This document shows, piece by piece, positions 56,717 through 64,000 of a DNA stretch of 64,000 bases; within the stretch, counting starts at the first letter, position 1, and every line of letters begins with the position of its first letter. Made by a program: the position numbers and the translations under genes. The DNA comes from Candidatus Gottesmanbacteria bacterium GW2011_GWA2_43_14 (GTDB taxonomy: Bacteria; Patescibacteriota; Microgenomatia; 2-02-FULL-39-11). The stretch lies in assembly GCA_000999095.1 (NCBI GenBank), contig LCFP01000001.1:205680-269679 (forward strand). The letters run 5' to 3'. The notes beneath the pieces were generated by a model. That model searched no databases, was not told the origin of the DNA, and was given only the letters and a program-made list of their open reading frames with translations.

Positions 56717-56887
56717 TGTTAAAGTGCAAATCAATCTGCAATTTAAACAGACCGCAAAATGGCTTGTTTAAATTATTCGATTGTTTCTCAAGCTTTTTGA
56801 GCTTAAGGTAAAACCCATTCGACTATCGCTCAGGGTTTAACTCTAAGTTCAATTGATGTTCTTTGATTTATTTACAAACTTATTTTT

Positions 56888-57274
56888 ATGAATTATTATC
56901 GAAATATGTTTACGAAATCTGATAAAAACTGGCTGAAAAAAAACTTTGCTACCAAAGATGATCTGAAAAACTTTGCTACCAAAGATGATCTGAAAGATTA
57001 TGCAACAAAAAAAGATCTCATCGGTCTTGCTACAAGTAAAGATATAGAAGAATTAAAAACAACATTCCTTATAAATCTTGAGAAATGGAAAAATGAGCTT
57101 TTTAACAAAATCGATCCAGTCCTGAACCGAGTCAAAACTGCCGAGGAAGAGAATGTCGTTCTCCACTCCCGGGAAGAAGGACGACAAGAAGAACGCAATG
57201 CTCTTGAAGGACGGATCAAAAATCTGGAAGCCATTCATCCTAACAATCGTCATATTCAATCCACCAAGGATTGA
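56888..57274 (+). CDS. hypothetical protein with 9-aa tandem repeats (KNFATKDDL x2, KDYATKKDL, IGLATSKDI) and a coiled-coil-like C-terminus
   Basis: ORF with internal perfect 27-bp tandem duplication. Confidence 0.45.
   Translation: MNYYRNMFTKSDKNWLKKNFATKDDLKNFATKDDLKDYATKKDLIGLATSKDIEELKTTFLINLEKWKNELFNKIDPVLNRVKTAEEENVVLHSREEGRQEERNALEGRIKNLEAIHPNNRHIQSTKD
56939..56992 (+). repeat. perfect 27-bp x 2 tandem direct repeat inside the CDS
   Basis: aaaaactttgctaccaaagatgatctg occurs twice back to back. Confidence 0.8.
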
Positions 57275-57526
57275 ACACAAAAGATATTTTTGATTTCTTC
57301 TAAATATTTAATTTTCAAAGTGCTTGGTACTCTGGTTTTACCCAGAATAAAGCACCGCTTGTACTTGGCGGTGCTTAAGTCAAGATAAAACTGTATATTT
57401 AATATTTCTACAGGCTTTCTTATATTTCATAAATATTTACCGAAAGCCCGATATTAGTCTATCGGGCAGTCATTTAAAGTAGTGAAGTATATCATGCTAT
57501 AGGCTAATTTGTCAATCTTAGTCTAC

Positions 57527-58267
57527 TTAGAAAATCAGCCACATGTATGATTTGTTGGTATCAAACGGCAAATAGGGATGTGTCACAAAAACCAGGCTTT
57601 TATCCCGGACTTTGGATACGTCAAAACCGTTCCCCTCCCAGCTCATGAAAGTATAGGATTCTTCCCCTCTTTTTTCCCAGGAAACAGGCAGACCAGTCTT
57701 TTTTCCGTATATTCTGAATGAAACATAAGCAACTGCTTTTAAAAATATCAATTTGGCTTTGGCTATCAGGGTATATGTTTTAACTTTTCCGTAGAGCCTG
57801 ATTTGGGCAATTCTTTCCTCTGAGGCTACCTTCATAACTACTTCTGCCACCGGCGAAAGTGCGTGAACATGCTGGTGGGAATCAATAAAACTGACTTTCA
57901 AACCCGCTGCCTTCAAAAACCTGATCTGGCATCTGATCTCCCTCTCCAGGTGAAAAGCATCAACAGCCCGGAGCATTAATTTCGAAACAAGCTTATTTAA
58001 AGGATAAAAATTGCCGCGGTTGTCAACCAGAGACGGGATGTACTTTTTGCCCTCGCAGGATTTGCCTTCGACTAAATTGAGATGCAAACCAACCCTGATG
58101 TGCGGCTTTTGCCTGACCAACTCAGCCAAAGTCTTTAGCCTAGGACGGGAGGTCATATTCATCAGGACGGAGACGCTTTTGATTTTTCCCAAACGCAATA
58201 AACGGATAATTTTTTTATCCGAATACATTTTATATCCGTAATCGTCACTATGGATTGTTATCATAAT
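57527..58267 (-). CDS. YdjC/ChbG-family carbohydrate deacetylase-like protein
   Basis: MITIHSDDYG (DDxG metal/catalytic motif) and GLHLNL (His motif) near the N-terminus. I chose the internal MITIHS as the start. Confidence 0.65.
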   Translation of the reverse strand: MMITIHSDDYGYKMYSDKKIIRLLRLGKIKSVSVLMNMTSRPRLKTLAELVRQKPHIRVGLHLNLVEGKSCEGKKYIPSLVDNRGNFYPLNKLVSKLMLRAVDAFHLEREIRCQIRFLKAAGLKVSFIDSHQHVHALSPVAEVVMKVASEERIAQIRLYGKVKTYTLIAKAKLIFLKAVAYVSFRIYGKKTGLPVSWEKRGEESYTFMSWEGNGFDVSKVRDKSLVFVTHPYLPFDTNKSYMWLIF

Positions 58268-58323
58268 TACCTCCACCGTCCCAGGAGAAATATATTCCCT
58301 CCACCTGGGAGGAGGAGTTAAAT

Positions 58324-59103
58324 TCACATAAATAATTGAACTAAGTATTGGACCATGGCTTTTTGGATGCGGAAAGCATAAGGCAGCTTTACCACTTCAG
58401 GTTTAAGATCAAGGCTCAGAAGCGTAAAAAATTCCCTGATAACCTCGCGCGACCTGACCAAAAATGGAAAGCGGCTGCCGCGAAGCTCCTTCAGGCTGAC
58501 CGGAATTTCCTGCCAGGGATGACCGTCAAGGGCAATCCTGATCAAAAGCTCACTGTCAAAAAAGTGGTTTTGACAGACCACCCGGTCCAAATAACGGTCA
58601 ACCATTTCCTTTTTTATGGCCTTAAGCCCGTGGGTATCGCTTATGGAAACCGGAAATCTCAGATTAATGGCTTTCTCCATCAGCCTGCTTACGATTCTCC
58701 TTTTCACCGGCCTCAAATCTTTCGAACCGTTCAGGTTTTTGGACCCGACCACAAATTCGCAGGAATCCAGTTTAATTAAAGACCTTTTGATAAAACCGAT
58801 GTCCCAAAAATCAATGTCAAACTGGAAAACAACCGGATTTTTTGCCTTCCTTAATCCTTCTTTGAAAGCAAGCCCGTATGAGGGTTGGTTAATCCTGATG
58901 ACTTTGATCCGCTTATCCTTGGAGGCGAGTTTTGAAGCTATTTCAGCAGTCCTGTCCGTGCTGCCGTTTTCCGCCAGTATCAGTTCAAAAACTGATTGCG
59001 GAAGACTTGTGTCAATACCGGAAATAATCCTCTCCACCTGAGGTTGCAGGAGTTTTTCTTCGTTGTATACCGGTATGATTATCGAATATGATTTCATGGG
59101 CAA
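58324..59103 (-). CDS. GT2 polyprenyl-phosphate sugar synthase-like glycosyltransferase
   Basis: YSIIIPVYNEEKLL, LILAENGSTDRT, VFQFDIDFWD. Confidence 0.7.
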   Translation of the reverse strand: MPMKSYSIIIPVYNEEKLLQPQVERIISGIDTSLPQSVFELILAENGSTDRTAEIASKLASKDKRIKVIRINQPSYGLAFKEGLRKAKNPVVFQFDIDFWDIGFIKRSLIKLDSCEFVVGSKNLNGSKDLRPVKRRIVSRLMEKAINLRFPVSISDTHGLKAIKKEMVDRYLDRVVCQNHFFDSELLIRIALDGHPWQEIPVSLKELRGSRFPFLVRSREVIREFFTLLSLDLKPEVVKLPYAFRIQKAMVQYLVQLFM

Positions 59104-59187
59104 GACGCGGCAGTGAGAGTTAAAGAGGATTTTCCTGGCTTGTCTATCGGGTCGTACCTCTGCCTACCCTCTCTGCCAGGGTCTGAT

Positions 59188-59937
59188 TTAATCTTTCTTG
59201 GACTTTTTCCTAAACCAGATTCCGGCTGACAGAGCAGAACCGATTGCGGTAATCATAAACGGATCCGCGCCCGTTTCGGGCACCTGCTCTACTTCCATTT
59301 CCTTCTCGATACAAAACTGGCTTTCATCTTTTTCCTGCCTGTCCCCCGTGACCGCCTCGGCGATGTTTACCGGACAAACGATGTTTTTCTCTTCGGGCAA
59401 GGTTGCCTGGTGGGAAGCCCTGGCTTTGATATGAAATTCCTCTGATTCTCCGGGTTCAAGATTTTCAACGGTAAAAGTCAGCTTCCTACTGTCCTGATCA
59501 TAGCTTCCGGGTCCTGACATAAAATCGACAAAATCAGGCAAAAGGTCAGTTACAACCACTTCACCCAGACTTTCTTCGCCGGAATTCTCGACTCTGATCC
59601 GGAAAGTGACAATCTGTAATGAACGGTACTTGGGATCCGTAGGTCCAAGGTGATCGACAAATGCGTCAGTAGCAGGATTAAGTACCATTTTGTCGATAAG
59701 CAGTTCTCCGGACTTGGAAACTATGACGCCGCCGCCGTAAACTGGTTCTCCTCCATAAACAGTCGTTCCGCCGTAAACAGGCACTCCGCCTTTAGTATCT
59801 TCGGATACTTCCTGCTCTTCCTGGGGTGTCGGGGTCGGCTCTTCTTCATCCCCGTCAGCTGAAACAGATAAAGGGTTTAAAACCACAACACAAATCAGAG
59901 CCAAAAAAAAGACTGCCCGCAAAAAATAGTTTTTCAT
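59188..59937 (-). CDS. secreted DUF11/CARDB-like domain protein with C-terminal VPETG sortase sorting signal
   Basis: Signal peptide. YGG repeats. VTFRIRVENSGEESLGEVVVTDLLPDFVDF (DUF11-like). C-terminal VPETGADPFMITAIGSALSAGIWFRKKSKKD (motif + hydrophobic + basic tail). Confidence 0.65.
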   Translation of the reverse strand: MKNYFLRAVFFLALICVVVLNPLSVSADGDEEEPTPTPQEEQEVSEDTKGGVPVYGGTTVYGGEPVYGGGVIVSKSGELLIDKMVLNPATDAFVDHLGPTDPKYRSLQIVTFRIRVENSGEESLGEVVVTDLLPDFVDFMSGPGSYDQDSRKLTFTVENLEPGESEEFHIKARASHQATLPEEKNIVCPVNIAEAVTGDRQEKDESQFCIEKEMEVEQVPETGADPFMITAIGSALSAGIWFRKKSKKD

Positions 59938-60020
59938 AATGTGAACTTAAATTGGGCAGAATTTTTAGGTTGCGGCGGATTATAACAGACTAAAAAGGGG
60001 ATGTCAACAACTATAGGGCG

Positions 60021-60857
60021 TCACAAGGCTTCGATCTCCTGATTGAGATTTTCCTGTTCCCGGTTTGTCAGTTTCAACAGGTCAAATGCCAGGCTGTTTT
60101 GCAAAAGGTCACGGCAGAGAACCAGGTGGTTATTTAAAAGCAGGTGTTTCTGCCAGCTGCTTAAAGATGACAGGACTGTTATGGGATGTAAATTGTCCTT
60201 TTCAATCAGGTCCTGCAGATTCCCTTTGTCCGGATAGCCCCAGCTGACTATTTTGATACCCATGCATTGGGCGTAAGCAATGGCATCGGTCGTACATTTG
60301 GTATTGGTCACCAGCCACACTTCTTTTAATTTGGAAGCATTGTTTTTATTGATCCAGCCTACGGTCAAATCCTGGTACCTGGCCATGACATAAAGGGCGA
60401 CCTTGACATCGGTTCTTGTCCCAATTCTGTTATGAAATTTGCATTCGATCATGATCTTCCGGTTGTCCTTTTCCGCCAGCACATCCACTTCATGGGAAAC
60501 GCACAAACCGTTCATTATGATATCTGTTTCAGCTTTAAAGCCCTGCCGGATCAAAATAGCCGCGATAAACCTTTCAAAAGGGAAACCGGTCGGACCCAGG
60601 TCCATGATGGCCTGTTTCAGAGAATAACGGCTGCCTGAATGCGGAGATGAAGACTTGCCGAGATATTCCAGGATATGTTTGTATATTTCTGCTGTCGGCA
60701 TATCCTGGTAAAGCAGTTTCCGGATATGGTCAACTGCCTCCTGGTGCATACTTTCAGGAACCCCTGCCCGACTGATAGAGAGGCGCAGTTTTTCTTCATC
60801 GAAATTTTCTTTCCGTCCGTCGGCTTTAATAATTCTCACTTCGGGCATTATTGTCAT
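60021..60857 (-). CDS. ATP-cone domain fused to Mrr-like restriction-endonuclease catalytic domain
   Basis: N-terminal VRIIKADGRKENFDEEKLRLSISRAG (ATP-cone). Central FERFIAAILIRQGFKAE...IMIECKFHN resembles the Mrr_cat core (D...(E/Q)xK). Confidence 0.55.
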   Translation of the reverse strand: MTIMPEVRIIKADGRKENFDEEKLRLSISRAGVPESMHQEAVDHIRKLLYQDMPTAEIYKHILEYLGKSSSPHSGSRYSLKQAIMDLGPTGFPFERFIAAILIRQGFKAETDIIMNGLCVSHEVDVLAEKDNRKIMIECKFHNRIGTRTDVKVALYVMARYQDLTVGWINKNNASKLKEVWLVTNTKCTTDAIAYAQCMGIKIVSWGYPDKGNLQDLIEKDNLHPITVLSSLSSWQKHLLLNNHLVLCRDLLQNSLAFDLLKLTNREQENLNQEIEAL

Positions 60858-60934
60858 TATGCCAAAAATATTACTCTATTTGAATACCTCTTGACAAAAG
60901 CAACTTAGTTGCATTACTATAAATTGAAAACATT

Positions 60935-61687
60935 TTGATGCTGTTTAATATTGTTCTTTTTACCATCCTGGGCAGCATTTTCTCCCTGATCGGAGGCCTT
61001 ATTCTTCTCACCAGGAAACAGCTTTCCGATAAAGTAATCCTGATATTGACCAGTTTCGCCGCAGGAGTACTTCTCTCGACCGCCTTTTTTGACCTCTTTC
61101 CCGAAAGTCTAGAGTCAGGTACTGAACCGACCACTGTGTTTACGGCTGCCCTGACCGGCATAATTCTTTTTTTTATTTTTGAAAGATTTTTTCTGTGGTA
61201 CCACCATCACCACGGATCGCACAAAGGCGTGCATCCCTCAACCATCCTGATCTCTGTCGGGGACGGCATCCACAATTTCATTGACGGTGTGGCTATCGCC
61301 GGAGCTTTTCTGGTCAGCTGGCCATTGGGTGTTATCACTTCAATCGCCGTGGCCGCCCATGAAATACCCCAGGAAATTGCCGATTTTTCCATCATGCTTT
61401 CGGAAAAAGTCGAACGCCGGAAAATTGTTTTTTTCAATCTGGCTTCTGCCGGTACTTCCCTTGTCGGAGCTGTCGGAACATATTTTCTGGCTGAGACTGT
61501 CACTATATATCTTCCTATCATCATCGCTTTCACTGCCGGCATGTTTACCTATATTGCCTCCTCCGACCTCATTCCCGAGTTGCACCGTTCGGGCGAAGGC
61601 AAGGAAGAAGCCTGGCAGCAACTGACCGTCTTTCTGATTGGCATCATCCTGATATTTGTCGTAAAATCGCTCCTGCATGAAGGCTGA
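60935..61687 (+). CDS. ZIP-family divalent metal transporter (ZupT-like)
   Basis: His-rich loop WYHHHHGSHKGVH. VAAHEIPQEIADFSIM (HNxPEG-like motif). 8 TM helices. Confidence 0.8.
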   Translation: MMLFNIVLFTILGSIFSLIGGLILLTRKQLSDKVILILTSFAAGVLLSTAFFDLFPESLESGTEPTTVFTAALTGIILFFIFERFFLWYHHHHGSHKGVHPSTILISVGDGIHNFIDGVAIAGAFLVSWPLGVITSIAVAAHEIPQEIADFSIMLSEKVERRKIVFFNLASAGTSLVGAVGTYFLAETVTIYLPIIIAFTAGMFTYIASSDLIPELHRSGEGKEEAWQQLTVFLIGIILIFVVKSLLHEG

Positions 61688-63071
61688 CAGTAATAAAGAC
61701 GCGAACCTTAAGGAATTAAATCAGCTTGCCACAGACAAACTCCGGCAGCTCCGGCATTTTCAGAAAGTCTTTTCCCGCTTCAGCCGGTTTTTATCACCAG
61801 GTGAAAAAAAATTAACAGCCGGAAAAATTAATCAACTGGATGAGAAATTTAGTGATTTTCTAAAATCAGGCTTCCCGGATATATATGTTTTAAGGATGCT
61901 TGTTTCTGATTTTGCTTCGCTTATGATAGCTTCCGATTGGCAATCCCCTTCTTATGATCACTCGTTGATGCCTTCAGCAGGCAGACAAACAGGCAAAATA
62001 TCAGGCACCGTCAATGACTATAAACGGGATGTCCATCTGGATGAAAAGGATTACGAAAAACAATTTATTTCCCAATATATCGATGCCCTAAATAAATTCC
62101 GGCTATCCGCTTTTCTGGTAGCCAGCGGCCAGGCAGCTTTCCAGACGGTACTGACCTATTTGCAATCTGAGGGCAAATTGAACGGCCCGGTTGTTTGCGG
62201 CCGGTCCTCATACTTTCAGTATAAACAGATACTCAAAGGCACTTTCAGGGAAGAATACTTCGAAACGGACGAAACGGACACTTACAAAACGCTCAGTCTT
62301 ATTAAAAAAATCCGGCCCAAAGCAGTTTTTCTTGATTCCCTCTGTAACAGCAGTGAAATTGCCGTGCCTGACCTGAAAAAAATCATCGAAGAAATATACC
62401 GTACGGCGCGGGATGATTTATATCTGGTTATCGACAACACCTGCCTCACTTTCTTCTGCCAGCCATACATGTGGCGCAAAAACAATAAAAAAGTACACCT
62501 GATTACCTTTGAAAGCCTGAACAAATACCACCAGTTCGGCCTGGATCGGGTAACGGCGGGAGTTGTCGTCTGTCACGCTAAAGATGCTGCCGGCATTTAT
62601 GAATACCGCAAACATGCCGGGACCAACATCTCTGATTTTTCCCTGTTTTGTTTACCTACGCCCAACCGCCGGCTTTTGGAAAAGAGGCTTTTGCGACACG
62701 TGAAGAGCGCCTTGTCTTTGACGGCTTCGCTTGTATCTGACGGCGTCAGTGTAATATATCCGGGTTTACCGCAACACCATGGTTATCCAGTTCTCAAAGA
62801 AAAGGGTTTTTTCGGCAGTTTTTTCAACCTTTCTTTTAAAAACAACAGCCCGAAAAAGTTTAAGAATATAATCCGCAAGGCCGTAATTTACGCCAAAAAG
62901 GAAAAAGTGAACCTGACGGCCGGCACCAGCTTCGGCTTCTCGACAACCAGGATTTATCTCACCTCACTCTGGACCAGACACGGCACCCCCTTTTTGAGAA
63001 TCTCCTGCGGAACTGAAAATGAGGAAGAAATCAATAAATTGAAAATTGCCTTCAAAAAATCCCTGCAATAG
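61677..63071 (+). CDS. PLP-dependent enzyme related to the Cys/Met-metabolism (cystathionine gamma-synthase/beta-lyase) family, with about 150-aa N-terminal extension
   Basis: FESLNKYHQFGLDRVTAGVV parallels the S.TKY..GHSD..AG PLP-lysine block. NLTAGTSFGFSTTRIY parallels the SLGG.ESL C-terminal block. Divergent, so function is uncertain. Confidence 0.45.
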   Translation: MKADSNKDANLKELNQLATDKLRQLRHFQKVFSRFSRFLSPGEKKLTAGKINQLDEKFSDFLKSGFPDIYVLRMLVSDFASLMIASDWQSPSYDHSLMPSAGRQTGKISGTVNDYKRDVHLDEKDYEKQFISQYIDALNKFRLSAFLVASGQAAFQTVLTYLQSEGKLNGPVVCGRSSYFQYKQILKGTFREEYFETDETDTYKTLSLIKKIRPKAVFLDSLCNSSEIAVPDLKKIIEEIYRTARDDLYLVIDNTCLTFFCQPYMWRKNNKKVHLITFESLNKYHQFGLDRVTAGVVVCHAKDAAGIYEYRKHAGTNISDFSLFCLPTPNRRLLEKRLLRHVKSALSLTASLVSDGVSVIYPGLPQHHGYPVLKEKGFFGSFFNLSFKNNSPKKFKNIIRKAVIYAKKEKVNLTAGTSFGFSTTRIYLTSLWTRHGTPFLRISCGTENEEEINKLKIAFKKSLQ

Positions 63072-63086
63072 TCTTATACTTAAGTT

Positions 63087-63986
63087 ATGCTGGGGTTTTT
63101 AAACAGGCTTTTCCCTCACAAAATCACTTTCCATACCGTAAGTTTGCCTTTGACTGATCTTCACTACATGAAGTACGGCTCGGGCGAACCTTTAATAATT
63201 TTTCCGGCCACCATCTCCCGGCTTTCCAACTGGACAAACCTGCTGCAGTTCATGGGTGATAAATATACCGCATATTTTTTTGAATTGCCGGGACACGGAT
63301 TCTCAAGCGCTTTCCGGGTCCCCTATAAAAGCGAACTGGTAGCCCGGACCTTTACCGATCTTCTTGATGCTTTGAAGCTTGATACGGCCAATGTCATGGG
63401 ATTTTCCTTCGGAGGAATCCTGACCTTAAAAACGGTTTTAGCCTTCCCGGAAAGAATCCGTTCCCTGATCCTGTATGCACCCTGTATCTCCCACAAAGCC
63501 CTCCGCTATTCACAAAGCAGACTGACTGTTCTTAAGAATTTACTGCCTTTTTTTTCCCAAGCGAAGTTCCAGCAGCTTCTTTTGACCGCTGCCCATAATC
63601 AGCATACCGTCAATAGTCTAATTTCATTTCTCCAGTTTGCCGGCCGGCTGGAAAGAACGATGGAAATAAAAGAAACCCTGCTTCACCTGCCGCCGGAAAC
63701 CCTCTCAACAGTCGTTGTCCAGATCAGTGAAATACTGACTGCGGATTTCGAGGGGGAAGACTTTTCGGCTGCCTCAAATATTCCCCTTTATTTCGCCATG
63801 TCCGTCAACGATCCTTTACTGGATTTTCATTTTACGCGGGATTTCCTGCAAAAAAAGTTTCCCAATTTCAAAGCTACCCGCTTCGACTTCCCGTTCCACC
63901 AACTGCCCAAAGAATACGACTATCCCTATCTGAAAAAAAATATGGGGGAACTGCTTCGGACTCTTAATCTGGGAATGTCAGGTTAA
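63087..63986 (+). CDS. alpha/beta-fold hydrolase
   Basis: GFSFGG nucleophile elbow (GxSxG) and typical length. Confidence 0.6.
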   Translation: MLGFLNRLFPHKITFHTVSLPLTDLHYMKYGSGEPLIIFPATISRLSNWTNLLQFMGDKYTAYFFELPGHGFSSAFRVPYKSELVARTFTDLLDALKLDTANVMGFSFGGILTLKTVLAFPERIRSLILYAPCISHKALRYSQSRLTVLKNLLPFFSQAKFQQLLLTAAHNQHTVNSLISFLQFAGRLERTMEIKETLLHLPPETLSTVVVQISEILTADFEGEDFSAASNIPLYFAMSVNDPLLDFHFTRDFLQKKFPNFKATRFDFPFHQLPKEYDYPYLKKNMGELLRTLNLGMSG

Positions 63987-64000
63987 CGGCGTTTCTTCCA

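Noticed and set aside
1-64000. Alternative genetic code (UGA = Gly/Trp) as in some CPR lineages
   Set aside because: TGA terminates multiple confidently identified genes, including ATGA overlaps at 5483 and 38501 and the RF2 ORF. The standard code fits.

Overview
This 64-kb window comes from a gene-dense, low-GC (roughly 40%) bacterial genome. Most genes sit on the minus strand, many overlap by ATGA, and TGA is used as a stop, so the standard genetic code applies. The gene content (FtsEX, sortase, peptidoglycan genes, dTDP-rhamnose, many GT-C membrane glycosyltransferases, small overlapping genes) fits a Gram-positive-like or CPR/Patescibacteria-type lineage. That assignment is an inference.

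Contents in order:
- 1..6217: a nucleotide-sugar precursor cluster (UDP-xylose synthase, Gmd/Rmd-like SDR, Ugd, RmlD/B/C/A).
- 6227..7778: a CAP-domain membrane protein and an RTX nonapeptide-repeat fragment.
- ~7.8..13.6 kb: a strongly AT-rich island. It holds a DUF559-like endonuclease, a degenerate circularly permuted M23 paralog, a Cys-rich surface protein plus a decayed copy of it, a cellulose-synthase-like GT2 and an XRE regulator.
- 14064..20779: a sortase locus with three paralogous secreted proteins built from an unrecognised N/T/G-rich repeat of about 95 aa.
- 20930..26508: a large polytopic membrane protein, an S8 subtilase, t6A genes tsaE/tsaC/tsaB and a GNAT acetyltransferase.
- 26640..29459: an ftsE-ftsX-envC-like operon whose EnvC-like M23 domain is circularly permuted.
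- 29929..34624: prfB without the programmed frameshift, an ATP-grasp enzyme, a fold-II PLP enzyme, an unannotated 58-aa LysW-like zinc-ribbon carrier protein (below the ORF-track cutoff), and a murD-like gene broken by a homopolymer frameshift.
- ~35.3..54.4 kb: a glycosylation supercluster (PAP2, histidine phosphatase, MshA-like GT4, three DPM-synthase-like GT2s, at least six GT-C-like polytopic membrane proteins, a second GT4, SPase I with a long C-terminal tail). The YdjC deacetylase-like gene and a third DPM-synthase-like GT2 lie separately at 57527..59103.
- 54865..56716: hicB with a hicA remnant, then a GC-rich 1.4-kb cassette bounded by 13-bp inverted repeats that carries a lipoprotein gene.
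- 56888..63986: a 9-aa tandem-repeat protein, a VPETG-anchored DUF11-like protein, an ATP-cone/Mrr nuclease fusion, a ZIP transporter, a Cys/Met-family PLP enzyme and an alpha/beta hydrolase.

I did not detect any rRNA, tRNA or CRISPR.
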